From NCBI GenBank assembly GCA_964188305.1, contig OZ076894.1: a stretch of DNA of 64,000 bases, one strand, 5' to 3'. The stretch comes from Podarcis bocagei. Taxonomy: Eukaryota. The notes under the pieces were generated by a model. It had not been told where the DNA came from, did not search any database, and saw only the letters and a program-made list of their open reading frames with translations. This document shows positions 27,190 to 37,396 of the stretch, one piece after another. Made by a program: the position numbers and the translations under genes. Position 1 is the first letter of the stretch. Each line of letters begins with the position of its first letter.

Positions 27190-27610
27190 GGATTTTCAGG
27201 TTCATGCTGGTGCTGCTGGATCTTTGCCCTTTGGTTTTTATTTCAAGGGCTGCTGGTGTGCAAAGCTATGGCCTCAAGCCTGGTGTGGTGAGGCAATCAT
27301 GTGACATAACTTTTCTTGAGTTTTCCCCATTGTAGTAGCAGTTCACACGTGGCCCGAGGAGTTCAGTGACCATCGGATCTGCTTTTGGTCTGATAACCAG
27401 GTGGTGGTGAGCGTCTTGGCAAAACAGTCCTCATGCTGTAGCACAGTCTCTGCCCCTCCGCTCATGCTTTCGAGCTGCGCCACTTAAGGTTTAATATTGT
27501 GCTTTCTACTCTCCAAATTACGCTGACACTATCCGATTTTCAGATGAAGCGCTGCAGATCCTGGGCTCCAGACTCAGCTATTGCCAGACTTTTCCAGTCT
27601 TGTGGCATTT
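27190..27610 (+). pseudogene. Degraded RNase H domain of Ngaro pol
   Basis: Across frameshifts: QVHAGAAGSLPFGFYFKGCWCAKLWPQAW...DITFLE/FPIVVAVHTW...ICFWSDNQVVVSV...TLSDFQMKRCRSWAP, matching the DA..GFG / ElfPI / DN / ADaLSR pattern. I could not find an RT core. Confidence 0.8.
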
Positions 27611-27629
27611 TGACAACAATTAGTAATTT

Positions 27630-28495
27630 CAGAGAGCGGCAGCTTCCATTTCCCCTTCTGCTTTTACCTCTTATGGGAAGGCCTGGATGGATTTCTTAGC
27701 CTTAAGCTGGCAGTTCTTGGCCATTCGGAAAAATTTGCCCCCATCCTCTGAGCAGATCCTGCAGTATTTGGTCCACCTGCTGCAGATTGGGCATGCGGTT
27801 ATAACTATCCGAATTCAGTCCGCTGCAATGTCTGTTTCATTGAAGCTTTATTTTTTCAGAGACCCTTGTATAAAGTTTGCAGTGCGCAGGGCCTTGGAAG
27901 GTTGGAATAGGCTCCAACCTCATAGGACAGTGGGCAGAAAGTCGGTCAATTTTTACCTATGCAGTATCTGCAACAAGTTAAAACTTGTCTGCGGGTTAAA
28001 GATCAAGGTGAGACTCCTTTCAGTAGTCCATTGCATTTTCGCACTGAGGGTTGGGGAAATGGTTGTTGGAGCCAGCACGGGGCCGAGATTCTGGAGGCTT
28101 ATTGCTTCAGGACTTTTCCTTATCCTTTGGAGCTTGTCATTAGAGCTGGTAACTCTAAAACAGACTTAGTGGGCAGGAGTGCCACAATCAGGCTTCCCAC
28201 CACAGGTGAGGAGGGCCCTTGCCCGGTTATGGATAACAGAATATTTGGCTTTTTATTCCCTGGGGGCTGGCCCGCTCCTAGTGCATGAAAATGGGTTCCC
28301 GTTAGCCCGGCATCAATGTGCTTACGTCGTGCACCAGTTATTAGAGCCTGCGGCTTGCTTACCGCTGAACACTCCTCATTCCTTACGATTAGGTGCTGCT
28401 GCAAAGGCTGCACACTGGGGGCCTGTCAGTAGACAGGATTGTGAATACGGGTCATTGGAAGTCTGACGCTGACAAGGGTTATATCAGGAAGTGTC
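27630..28495 (+). pseudogene. Tyrosine recombinase, frameshifted
   Basis: ORFs 27687, 27959, 28179 and 28393 tile the domain: FALRVGEMV (Arg I), SKTD, GPCPV, HSLRLGAA (HxxR), GHWKSD...YIR (catalytic Tyr). Confidence 0.9.
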
Positions 28496-28543
28496 ACAAT
28501 GATGTCTGTGCTGATGCTTGTCTGTTGTTTCCTTTTTTCATAG

Positions 28544-28855
28544 GAGCAGCTGTGCACATTTGGGCCACAGCATTGTACACTAGGCTGGCAAGCATGTTGA
28601 CGGGTCTGGACTGGGGCGTCATCTCAGTCTTCCTGCCCATGTGAACATATACTGGATGTCCAGATGGGGAATGCTTTGGGAGGAGATCCTTCCTTTGGTG
28701 CGGTCGAGTGTGACCTGTGCAGGTCCTCCCGCAGTGCTGGTGGTACAGCTGGGCGAGAATGTTTGCTGTCTTCCTCCAGCATAAGTTTGCATTCCTGCAT
28801 GCAAGAGGGCTTGGATTGAGTTGATGGCAGCTCTCCCTGGACTCAAAATAATTTA
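28544..28855 (+). pseudogene. Old, truncated SGNH hydrolase copy
   Basis: AVHIW...HVNIYWMSRWGMLWEEILP...AGPPAVLVVQLGEN, aligning with the copy at 29626. Frameshifted and 3'-deleted. Confidence 0.8.
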
Positions 28856-29190
28856 AGGCATTGGTTCAAGGTGGTCTGGAGGGGGGGTTGGAGCACCTGT
28901 CCCCTCCAATGCGCAAAGATGTTCCATTAAGGGAATCCAAGGATTTGCCATGCTTTTGTCGACCCCTTTTGAGGGGTAGGGCCATGCAAGAGTCCCTGGG
29001 AGCATTTGGGGTGAGCTTGAGTCTGATCCTGGTTCATTCCTCCCCCATGCTGTTTATTGGAACTGACGATATGGTGGGGCCCAGTCGTCAGTGCTGCCCT
29101 GCTGAGGTCAGGTGCAGCTAGTCGGGAACCAATGCCTAGACAAACTACCACCAAGCAGGCCAGAAAGCATGTTAGTAAGGTGGTGGATAA
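28856..29190 (+). repeat. Diverged B-like terminal repeat of the older Ngaro lineage (B'1)
   Basis: Collinear motifs with B1. Its 3' ~150 bp recurs at 29380-29530. Confidence 0.75.
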
Positions 29191-29379
29191 TAGAATAAAA
29201 TAAATAAAGTAAATAAAATAACAAATAAAATAAAATAGGTCCTTGCTTTAGGTGGTTCTGTAATATTGCACCCTCCTAATTTTCTTCAAGGCTATTGCCC
29301 TCTTTAGGGCAGATGGGGTGCATCTTTCCCCTATGGGGAACGACACCTGGCGGGATGCGATTGCCTTGGGATTCATTGC

Positions 29380-29530
29380 TCCCCCACTGTTTGCTGGTAC
29401 TGACGATATGGTGGGGCCCAGTCGTCAGTGCTGCCCTGCTGAGGTCAGGTGCAGCTAGTCGGGAACCAATGCCTAGACAAACGTACCACCAAGAAGGCCG
29501 GAAAGCATGTTAATAAGGCAGTGGAAATAA
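29380..29530 (+). repeat. Second, partial B-like repeat (B'2)
   Basis: ACTGACGATATGGTGGGGCCCAGTCGTCAGTG...GAAAGCATGTTA is nearly identical to 29041-29190. Confidence 0.9.
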
Positions 29531-29625
29531 AATACAGGTCGTTGGAAATCGAATGCATTCAAAGATTATGTTCGTTAACATTATTGGTGTCTTACAATTT
29601 TTGCTTGTTTCATCTTATTTATCAG

Positions 29626-30199
29626 GTTTAGCGGTGACCCGTGTTTGGATTGTGGGGCACAGTATCGTCCATTGGGCTGGCGTCGCAGCACGGCAATCTG
29701 GATTGGGTCCAGATTTCGGCTTTCCTCCACATATTCGCTTGTCTTGGCTGTCCAGACGTGGGATGTGCTGGTCGGAGTTCCTGCCAAGTATCCGGAGGCA
29801 GTTGCTCTTGGAGGGGCCGCCAGCTGCTATTGTGGTGCAGCTTGGTGAGAACGACCTGGTGCCCATGGACTGTTTGTCACTACGTGCTGCAATTTTGGGT
29901 GACCTGGAGACGCTGCGTGCAATGGTGCCGACAGCGAAAAAATTTTGGTCAAAGCTTTTGCAACGCTGCGTTTGGAAGGGCAGTCGTTGCCCGGCTGCCA
30001 CTGAAAGGGCCCGAAAACGCATCAATTCTGCTGTGGTCAAAAAAGTTTTGGAGCTGGTGGCGATGCAATTTCCCACCCCGAGATTCTTTTTGAGAGGCCA
30101 TCCTTTTTCCAAGCTGATGGCATGCACCTTTCTGCTTCAGGGAATGAGGCTTGGATTGGTGCGGTGGTGACCAAGCTGAGGTCTTGGTTGGGGCTGTGA
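29626..30199 (+). pseudogene. SGNH/GDSL hydrolase of the Ngaro element, one apparent 1-nt frameshift near 30056
   Basis: WIVGHS (block I Ser), RRGM (block II Gly), QLGENDL (block III Asn). After a frame change: GDAISHPEILFERPSFFQADGMHLS (DxxH), stop TGA at 30197-30199. Confidence 0.88.
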
Positions 30200-30227
30200 G
30201 TGGTTTGGCGGTGAGCTGAGGGCTCCA

Positions 30228-30644
30228 TGGCGGTTAGGCACTGGTTAAATTGGTGCTTGGAGGGGTAAGTGCCTACCCCTCCAAATGATGCGAATGGGAA
30301 TTCCGTTAAAGGAAATCCAGGGGCTTGCCATTCTTTCGTCCTTGTCCCCGGAGTCGGACTTGGGCCGTGCAAGCCCCACAGGAACATGAGGGTGAGAAGT
30401 AATGGTCTGGTGCCCAGCTTTATTTCTCACCCAATACTTGTTTCCCACGCTGGCTTCCGCTGGTATCCGGAAGGCCAGCTCTGTCCCTGAGGGCAAGGAC
30501 AGATAGTCGGAACCAGTGCCTAAGCAACCACTCACATTTTTGTATTTGAATAAAGTTGTGGCCAAAATTATGCCAAAAACCTTAAACAAAAATTGATGTG
30601 TGAAGTGTGAATTATTGGGGGGCTACTGTGACTCAACACGCAAA
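30228..30644 (+). repeat. Split direct repeat B1 (AATAAA at 30549-30554)
   Basis: Matches 31038-31454 at an offset of 810. The ORF track gives identical 114-aa and 73-aa peptides in both copies. Confidence 0.95.
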
Positions 30645-30855
30645 GCGTGTTCTCCCTAGCAGAGAGCACGTGTTGCGGTTGGGAACAGGCCACCCTCCAG
30701 TGACTAGGCAAATTTAGTTGAATCCCGACCATTTAAATGGTTAAACTGGGTTGCTGGGGTGTTTTGATTGTTGCCAATTCGGAGGAGGGGTCAGAGTCTA
30801 TATATACAGGGGCCAGACGTTGGCACGGCCTCTTGGCCGTTTTGCATCGGATCAC
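30645..30855 (+). repeat. Split direct repeat A2
   Basis: Copy of A1, directly abutting B1. Confidence 0.95.
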
Positions 30856-31037
30856 CCGCCCTCCCTCCCTTTAATAGGGGGGTTTTTTATTTAAGCTGAT
30901 CGCTTGACCTTGCTATGCCTGTCATGGTGTCGTTCGCCTTGGTGCGGGGGCACGGTAGGAATTTTGCCATCTGGCTGATTGGCTGGTGCCATTTGGTTTT
31001 TGCCTACTGCGTAGCAAATCGTCACAACTTGTAAGGT

Positions 31038-31454
31038 TGGCGGTTAGGCACTGGTTAAATTGGTGCTTGGAGGGGTAAGTGCCTACCCCTCCAAATGATG
31101 CGAATGGGAATTCCGTTAAAGGAAATCCAGGGGCTTGCCATTCTTTCGTCCTTGTCCCCGGAGTCGGACTTGGGCCGTGCAAGCCCCACAGGAACATGAG
31201 GGTGAGAAGTAATGGTCTGGTGCCCAGCTTTATTTCTCACCCAATACTTGTTTCCCACGCTGGCTTCCGCTGGTATCCGGAAGGCCAGCTCTGTCCCTGA
31301 GGGCAAGGACAGATAGTCGGAACCAGTGCCTAAGCAACCACTCACATTTTTGTATTTGAATAAAGTTGTGGCCAAAATTATGCCAAAAACCTTAAACAAA
31401 AATTGATGTGTGAAGTGTGAATTATTGGGGGGCTACTGTGACTCAACACGCAAA
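31038..31454 (+). repeat. Split direct repeat B2
   Basis: Copy of B1. Ends ACTCAACACGCAAA at the junction with the MITE. Confidence 0.95.
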
Positions 31455-31535
31455 GTGGTGCTTCAGGTTAAGAACAGTTTCAGGTTAAGAACGGACCTCC
31501 AGAACGAATTAAGTACTTAACCTGAGGTACCACTG
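31455..31535. mobile_element. Family A MITE, right part
   Basis: GTGGTGCTTCAGGTTAAGAAC...CCTGAGGTACCACTG-TA. Continues the sequence broken at 24225. Confidence 0.92.
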
Positions 31536-31974
31536 TAGTTAACTTGAGATTCCATTACATTCAAATGCAGAAGAAAGACCCTCTTGCCTCCATCTCAAGG
31601 ATTTAATCCGTTCAGTGATTCTTTATTATGAAAAAGAATCTTATTTAAGATTCTCTCTCTCTCTCATGCATACATGCACACATACATGCATGCATGCATG
31701 CGCGTGTGCGCGCACACACACACACACAGACACAGAGTGAAAAGCAAAATCCTGCCATTCCCTTTCCATTTCAGCCTCCAAGACTGAAACAGTGCTCGTG
31801 TTCCTTTGCTACTTGACATGCTCTCATTCATATTATACTGTTTAACTACTGATTGTGTATGGTAGCTCAAAGCCATAACAATAATAAATTTACACCCTTT
31901 TACGTTTCACCCTTTTAAGTCACTCCAGGTTTCCCACACTGTTCTTCCCAGATGTCTAATAGCAACAAGCTCAC

Positions 31975-32437
31975 TTATTTGGTGGGACAGTCCCTTATCC
32001 CAGCGCCATGTCCCGCTACTGTCCCTTATTGATGATGTCCCTTAAATTTCCCGGGTTTCAAAGGAAGCAGCTCCCGTCCCTCCCTCCCTGCCAGCCAGAG
32101 AGGAGGGAGGCTCCAACTGTGTTGCTTGGCTGCATTGCTCACCCAATAAGAAGTCTAAGAACGACTGGGGGGGTAGAGCTTGCATGCCTTGTGCCGATCA
32201 AATCGGCTGCGTTGCCTGGGGACTCGCCTTTGCTCAGCGCTTCCCAGAGGAGAGATGACGGTGGTTTTCCTTGAGGCTTGAGGCTTCGCTTGGCTGCTGG
32301 CTGGACTTTCTGCCTTTGGCTCGGAGGGGCTCAGAAGTTGAACATACCTGTGCCCAGAAAATCCCTTATTTTGGCTGCTGATCCCTTATTTTCAAGGCTG
32401 CTGGTCCCTTATTTTCAAATCTGTAAGTTGACAGCTA
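31975..32437. mobile_element. Probable non-autonomous DNA transposon with repeated CCCTTA(TT) subterminal motifs
   Basis: GC/CpG-rich island. CCCTTA repeated near both ends. Right end GTTGACAGCTA. Left TIR not found. Confidence 0.45.
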
Positions 32438-32720
32438 AGAATGGGGCCAAAATCTGAATAGATTTGATAGGGTCGTGCTTTCAGTCTGTATCAAGGAGAA
32501 GGCTAGGCTAGAACTCTTCTGCACAATATCTAGTGTCGCAACTACAGAGTTTGTGACCCAACACCAGTGGTCTGAATTAGTATGATATTGGAACAATGTC
32601 ATTCCAATGAACTAGACTTTGGTACAGACAGAAATGTGTGTACATTGATATGCACCAACTGAAATTAATTGTTTTATTATTCAGTGCACCCTGAGCATGA
32701 ACTAGAAGTACAAGATAGAT

Positions 32721-32850
32721 CAGGGATCGTGAACCTGAGGTCCTTCAGACATTATTGGACTACAGCTCTTGCTGTTCCTGGCCCTGATGCCTGGGGCTAA
32801 TAGGAGTTGAGGTCCAACAACATCTGGATGAATGCAGGGTCCCAATCCTT
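32721..32850. mobile_element. Degenerate hAT-type foldback MITE
   Basis: CAGGGATCGTGAACCTG...CAGGGTCCCAATCCTTG. Same family as 10351. Confidence 0.55.
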
Positions 32851-33964
32851 GAGATACACAAAGTATTTGAGGTCAGTGATTGTTTGGAACTTTGCAACAA
32901 TGACCCTTTTCCACTCTAGCTGAAGGTCTTTCGTCAAAATATGGTAGCTCCTGCCTAGAGTTTTTAATTATAATTAATCCAGAAGTGTGCTCTGTCATGG
33001 ACTGAAAATAAAGGAAAAGAATAGCTACTGTCTGAAATCCGTTTTGTTTAACAAAGCATAGTTGAAGTTAGCACACAGGGATTATTCCTAGATCCTCATA
33101 TAAAATTGAAGCAGCAGAAACTTAATTGGCAGCCCTTTCATAGCCTTCTATTAGATAGCCATCTTTATATGAATTGTAATGAGAATTGCTTTTAGAGCTA
33201 GTAGCATCTTATCTAAACAGCTCTAACCAGAAAAGCTAAAGTTGCAACCACACTGCCTTGTTTAAAGGAGATAAATATTTTCTTATAATTCTTGATTAGT
33301 CACCGATTCAGAATAATCATGTCGAAGCTGCCATTTGCTCCCTAGTAGATTTAGTTATTCCACTGACATTTTTAACCACCAGGAATGCTGCAGTTATTTA
33401 TCAAAAGGAAATAAAGCATGTATCTTCCTGCTATTCCGGTTTCTCTTGCACTGTACTGACAGCATGATTATTACAACTAGTCTTCCAGCCTTAAATAATT
33501 ATTAAATAATTAGGAAAAATGAAAAATAGTTTGACTGATAATAATCAGTATAACAGTGAATGCAGGTAAATATCAGCACTCAGGAACAAGCTTGTTTACT
33601 TGAGGAAAATGAAGACCTCTAAAGAATATATTTGTGATTTATTTGTTGTGTATATGTGTGCGTGTGTTTTAAAAACCCTTAGCTATCCACATTACCTGGA
33701 GAGTGTTAAACTTGGAAGCATGCAATTTTATTTTATTTTTTGCCTTATGCCTCACAATATTTACATATTTTGACATCTTTCTGTGGAGAAAACAAATAAA
33801 TGGTGCCAAATGCAAAACTGTCAGCTTGCCAAAGAAACAAAAGCAAAAAACAGAGCTGAGCTGAATTTGTATATGCTTTAGTTTCTTGGTGTCCAAATTT
33901 GCATGTTTGGAGATAAAGAACCTCTTGCCAAACAGGTAAACAAATCACACAGACATCAAAAGTA

Positions 33965-34196
33965 CAGTGGTACCTCGGGTTACAAATGCTTCGGGTTACA
34001 AACACTTCAAGTTGCAGACTCCGCCAACCTGGAAGTAGTACCTTGGGTTAAGAACTTTACCTCAGGATGAGAACAGAAATCATGTGCCGTCGGCACGTCG
34101 GCAGCGGGAGGCCCCATTAGCTAAAGTGGTAAGAATGGTTTCAGGTTAAGAACGGACCTCCGGAACGAATTAAGTTCTTAACCCAAGGTACCACTG
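33965..34196. mobile_element. Tc1/mariner-type MITE, family A
   Basis: TA-CAGTGGTACCTCGGGTTA...TAACCCAAGGTACCACTG-TA. Confidence 0.9.
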
Positions 34197-36984
34197 TATG
34201 TCTTTTCTTTTCATAGGAGTCCTGGACACTATTCACAGTTCAGAGAGAGTTGCACAACACCCACCCACATGAAAGCAATGCAGCCCCTGAACTCCTCCCA
34301 CATCCCAAAGGCAAGCCTGATTCTTCAGATTTTGGTTTAAACTGAGACGTGACTGGGCACAAGCCCATCGGTCCCCACTTCTAAGTAGTTGCTTCATGTA
34401 GTTTCAGATCCTGCCTCCCTCCCCACCCTGGACCCAGTAACTGCAGTAATCTGGTTCAAATTTAATGGGAAACCTGGGTTATAGAACTGAAGAAATCTTC
34501 AATCGCAGCATGCCAAGAAATTACAAGTAAAGGCTTAGTGCAAGTTGGCACACATCTTGTGCATATCTCAACTTAATAAGCCATGATTCATTAAGTCTGA
34601 ATCAGGTCAGGGCTTAGGGCAAGGCTCATTTTCACTTATCTAATTTATTTAAACAATTTATATGCCACTTAAATACATTTGTCTCTAACCAGTGTGCAAG
34701 AAACATAACAGGTAAAAAATGGTTAAAACTATAAAATCATACTTCAATTAAATATCTGCTGGAATACAAACGTTTTCACTTGGTGTCAGAAATTCAATTG
34801 GGGGTGCTGCTGCCACCTGATCTCAACTAGGAGTTCTGCAGCATAGGGCCCACAATCCTGAATGCTCAGCTCAGTGAAAAGAAACAAACAAAAAAGTCAG
34901 TTTCAACAAGGGATGTAAGAGGGCAGCGATTTCCATTCTGAACTGTGTTTGGCATAATCAACGCTGCTTCCATTCTTCAGCAGTTCGGTTTCCACCAAAT
35001 GCTGCATTATTTGTTGTGAATGAATACCAATTCTATTCGCTTGTCTGATTTCCATTCCTGAGCACAGTCAAACACACAAACTGCAGCAATTTCTGCTTTC
35101 TTTTATCGGTATTCTCTGAAACCCTCAGTTTCAGCTAATCCTTTCTACAAAGGTTCTGTTAGGGACAATTCTTCTGCTCCCTTAAGTGGCATTGCTGACA
35201 TTGCTCTGTGGTTGATTCATAATACTCCCATATAACATACTATGGGGAAGAATACAAGGAGCTTCTCAAAAATACTTTTACTTGCAATAATCCGTGTTGG
35301 GTAGAGACCCTCCAAGGCTCTCCTTAAATTCACTTTGGATCTGTATGTTTCCCTAGGAGGTGGAGGAACCCTTCAAATATCAATGCAATCTGAGAAGTTG
35401 AAAAGATGGTGACCCTCACCAGCCTATCACCTCCTGTTCATCTATGCTGTCTCTCCCAACTTACTCCACTTCCCCTTCCATTGGATGTGGGAGAAGCAAC
35501 AAGGGCAGGTGAGGAAGAGAGTGGAGAATAGGTTTTTCTTTGCTTCTCGTCCCATTGCCGGGTCACACATGGCAACATGCTCTATGTGATAGGGCACAGG
35601 TGCCTATGGGAGGTGTAGTTCTCCAAAGGATTCTTGAAATTGCAAAAGATGACACAGAAGCATATTGCTATCTTCTACAGCAAGGATGATTAACCTGTGG
35701 TTCTCTAGTCTAGATGTTGCTGGACTGCAAATCCCGTCTCCCCTGCCTGATGGCCATTCTGTCTGGACTGATAGGAAAGTCTGGAGGGCCACACCTGTTT
35801 AATTTTTTATTTTGCATCTCCATTCATTAAAAGAACGTGTACAGTGGGATAATTACACCCCAAAGGATTCCCTTTTATAAAATGAATTTGGTTTGATAGA
35901 AGATCCATGCTTTTAGTCATGACAACGTTGAACCCATTATAACCTCACTTTTATGAGCCTGTTTCCTATTTATTATTTCAGACGGGCAAATTATTCATCA
36001 CAAGCAATTTATCTGTCACATTTATCATTTCTTTCTCTTCAAATTTATCCACAAACACATCACATTTTTCACAAATGTCTTCATTAATCAAAACAGGTAT
36101 GCTGGATACTTTGTGAGAACGCAGCTCATTTAATGGAGTGTTCTCATTCGGCTGAATTCATAAGAGATATTGGAATTCATAACCGGAGCTGGGCTATTGA
36201 TTTAAGCGACCTCACGGGGCTTTGCTTTATTGGACAACTCCCAGCGATATGGTGGGAGGAAAAAGCATCATGGGACTTAGGCTTCCTTCTGCTTCAGGCA
36301 GAGCTGACACAAAGGCAGGGTTGTTCTTCTGATATAATTATTATTAAAATAGAATAAACTGACAAACATCGCTGATTTATCACGAGGCACAGGAACCTCT
36401 TCAGGTGTTACCTTTAAGTGTGAAGAAAGCACTTGCAGAGTGGAATGTGGGTTTAAGCATTCTAGCTCTGCCCCCCATGTCATTCCCATGGCTTCCCAGT
36501 TCATGGAGGGAGCCTTCTGTATTCAAAGACTCCTCAAACATTTTAGAATCCTGGAAAAGCACAGAACACTTCCCCCCATCATTTTCCCTCAGGACAACCC
36601 TGTAAATTAAGTTAAGCTAAAAGAAAGAGGGAGAGCAAAACTGGTGTAAGTTTACCCAGTGAGCTTTATGACAAGACAGGCATTTGAACCAGACTCTCCT
36701 TTGTCATAGTATGGCTAAAACTCATACAATCAATCAAGCACAATTTATTTAATTGGGTGAGAACCCAACAGATAAAACACATTTGACAGGAGTCAGATAT
36801 TACTGTAATCCACTCAGATCAGCTAAGCCTGCCTGCCGAATAATTCATTTTGCTTATTTGAAATTAAGTAAATGGTTTCTTCAACACAGTGGTTTTATTG
36901 GAGATGAAACTGAGATGACATTTAGAAAAGAATTATTACTAATCTGGCACAATGTGTCCAATTACTGCTCTTATACTGCTTAAC

Positions 36985-36986
<2 letters not shown>

Positions 36987-37028
<42 letters not shown>
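36987..37028. repeat. (GT)n microsatellite
   Basis: Seen directly. Confidence 0.95.
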
Positions 37029-37033
<5 letters not shown>

Positions 37034-37281
37034 AGAAAATCACCCATATCAGTGAATTAATATTTTACTATTTGTAAACTATTTTGCTGGTTTGTAGGGA
37101 TCAATCTACTTACTAATTTGTGTTCTGCAGGTAGAAAGCATATTTAACCTGATTTTCATTAAAGCTCTTAGCTGAATTGACCATTCTGCTGACATTAGAC
37201 CTTTTACAGTAATGAGGCTGAAATAAGATTGGGAGGTTGCTACTGGCAATATAACCCTTTCCCTACCTCTCCCCCTGGTCC

Positions 37282-37288
<7 letters not shown>

Positions 37289-37332
<44 letters not shown>
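37289..37332. repeat. (AT)n microsatellite
   Basis: Seen directly. Confidence 0.95.
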
Positions 37333-37334
<2 letters not shown>

Positions 37335-37396
37335 TTATCCAGACAAGAGAAATATACCTTTTGTGACTAGGATATTTGGGGAAATCAGTACAGTTG

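Larger units (their letters stand above)
24226..31454 (+). mobile_element. Ngaro-type tyrosine-recombinase retrotransposon, non-autonomous/chimeric
   Basis: Split direct repeats A1 (24226-24436)...B1 (30228-30644)-A2 (30645-30855)...B2 (31038-31454). Remnants of RNase H, tyrosine recombinase and SGNH hydrolase in Ngaro order. Boundaries fixed by the interrupted MITE. Confidence 0.93.

Noticed and set aside
30228-30530. Hammerhead or HDV-like ribozyme call for the B structure
   Set aside because: I could not place a CUGANGA/GAAA core or the nested HDV double pseudoknot by eye, so it is left as an unassigned structure.
30228-31454. 810-bp-offset duplication as an assembly artefact or an LTR pair
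   Set aside because: The A1...B1-A2-B2 layout with a recombinase and precise MITE interruption fits split direct repeats. There are no TG...CA ends and no integrase.
31665-31735. Alternating purine-pyrimidine tract (Z-DNA candidate)
   Set aside because: Ordinary degenerate CA/TG microsatellite with no sign of function.
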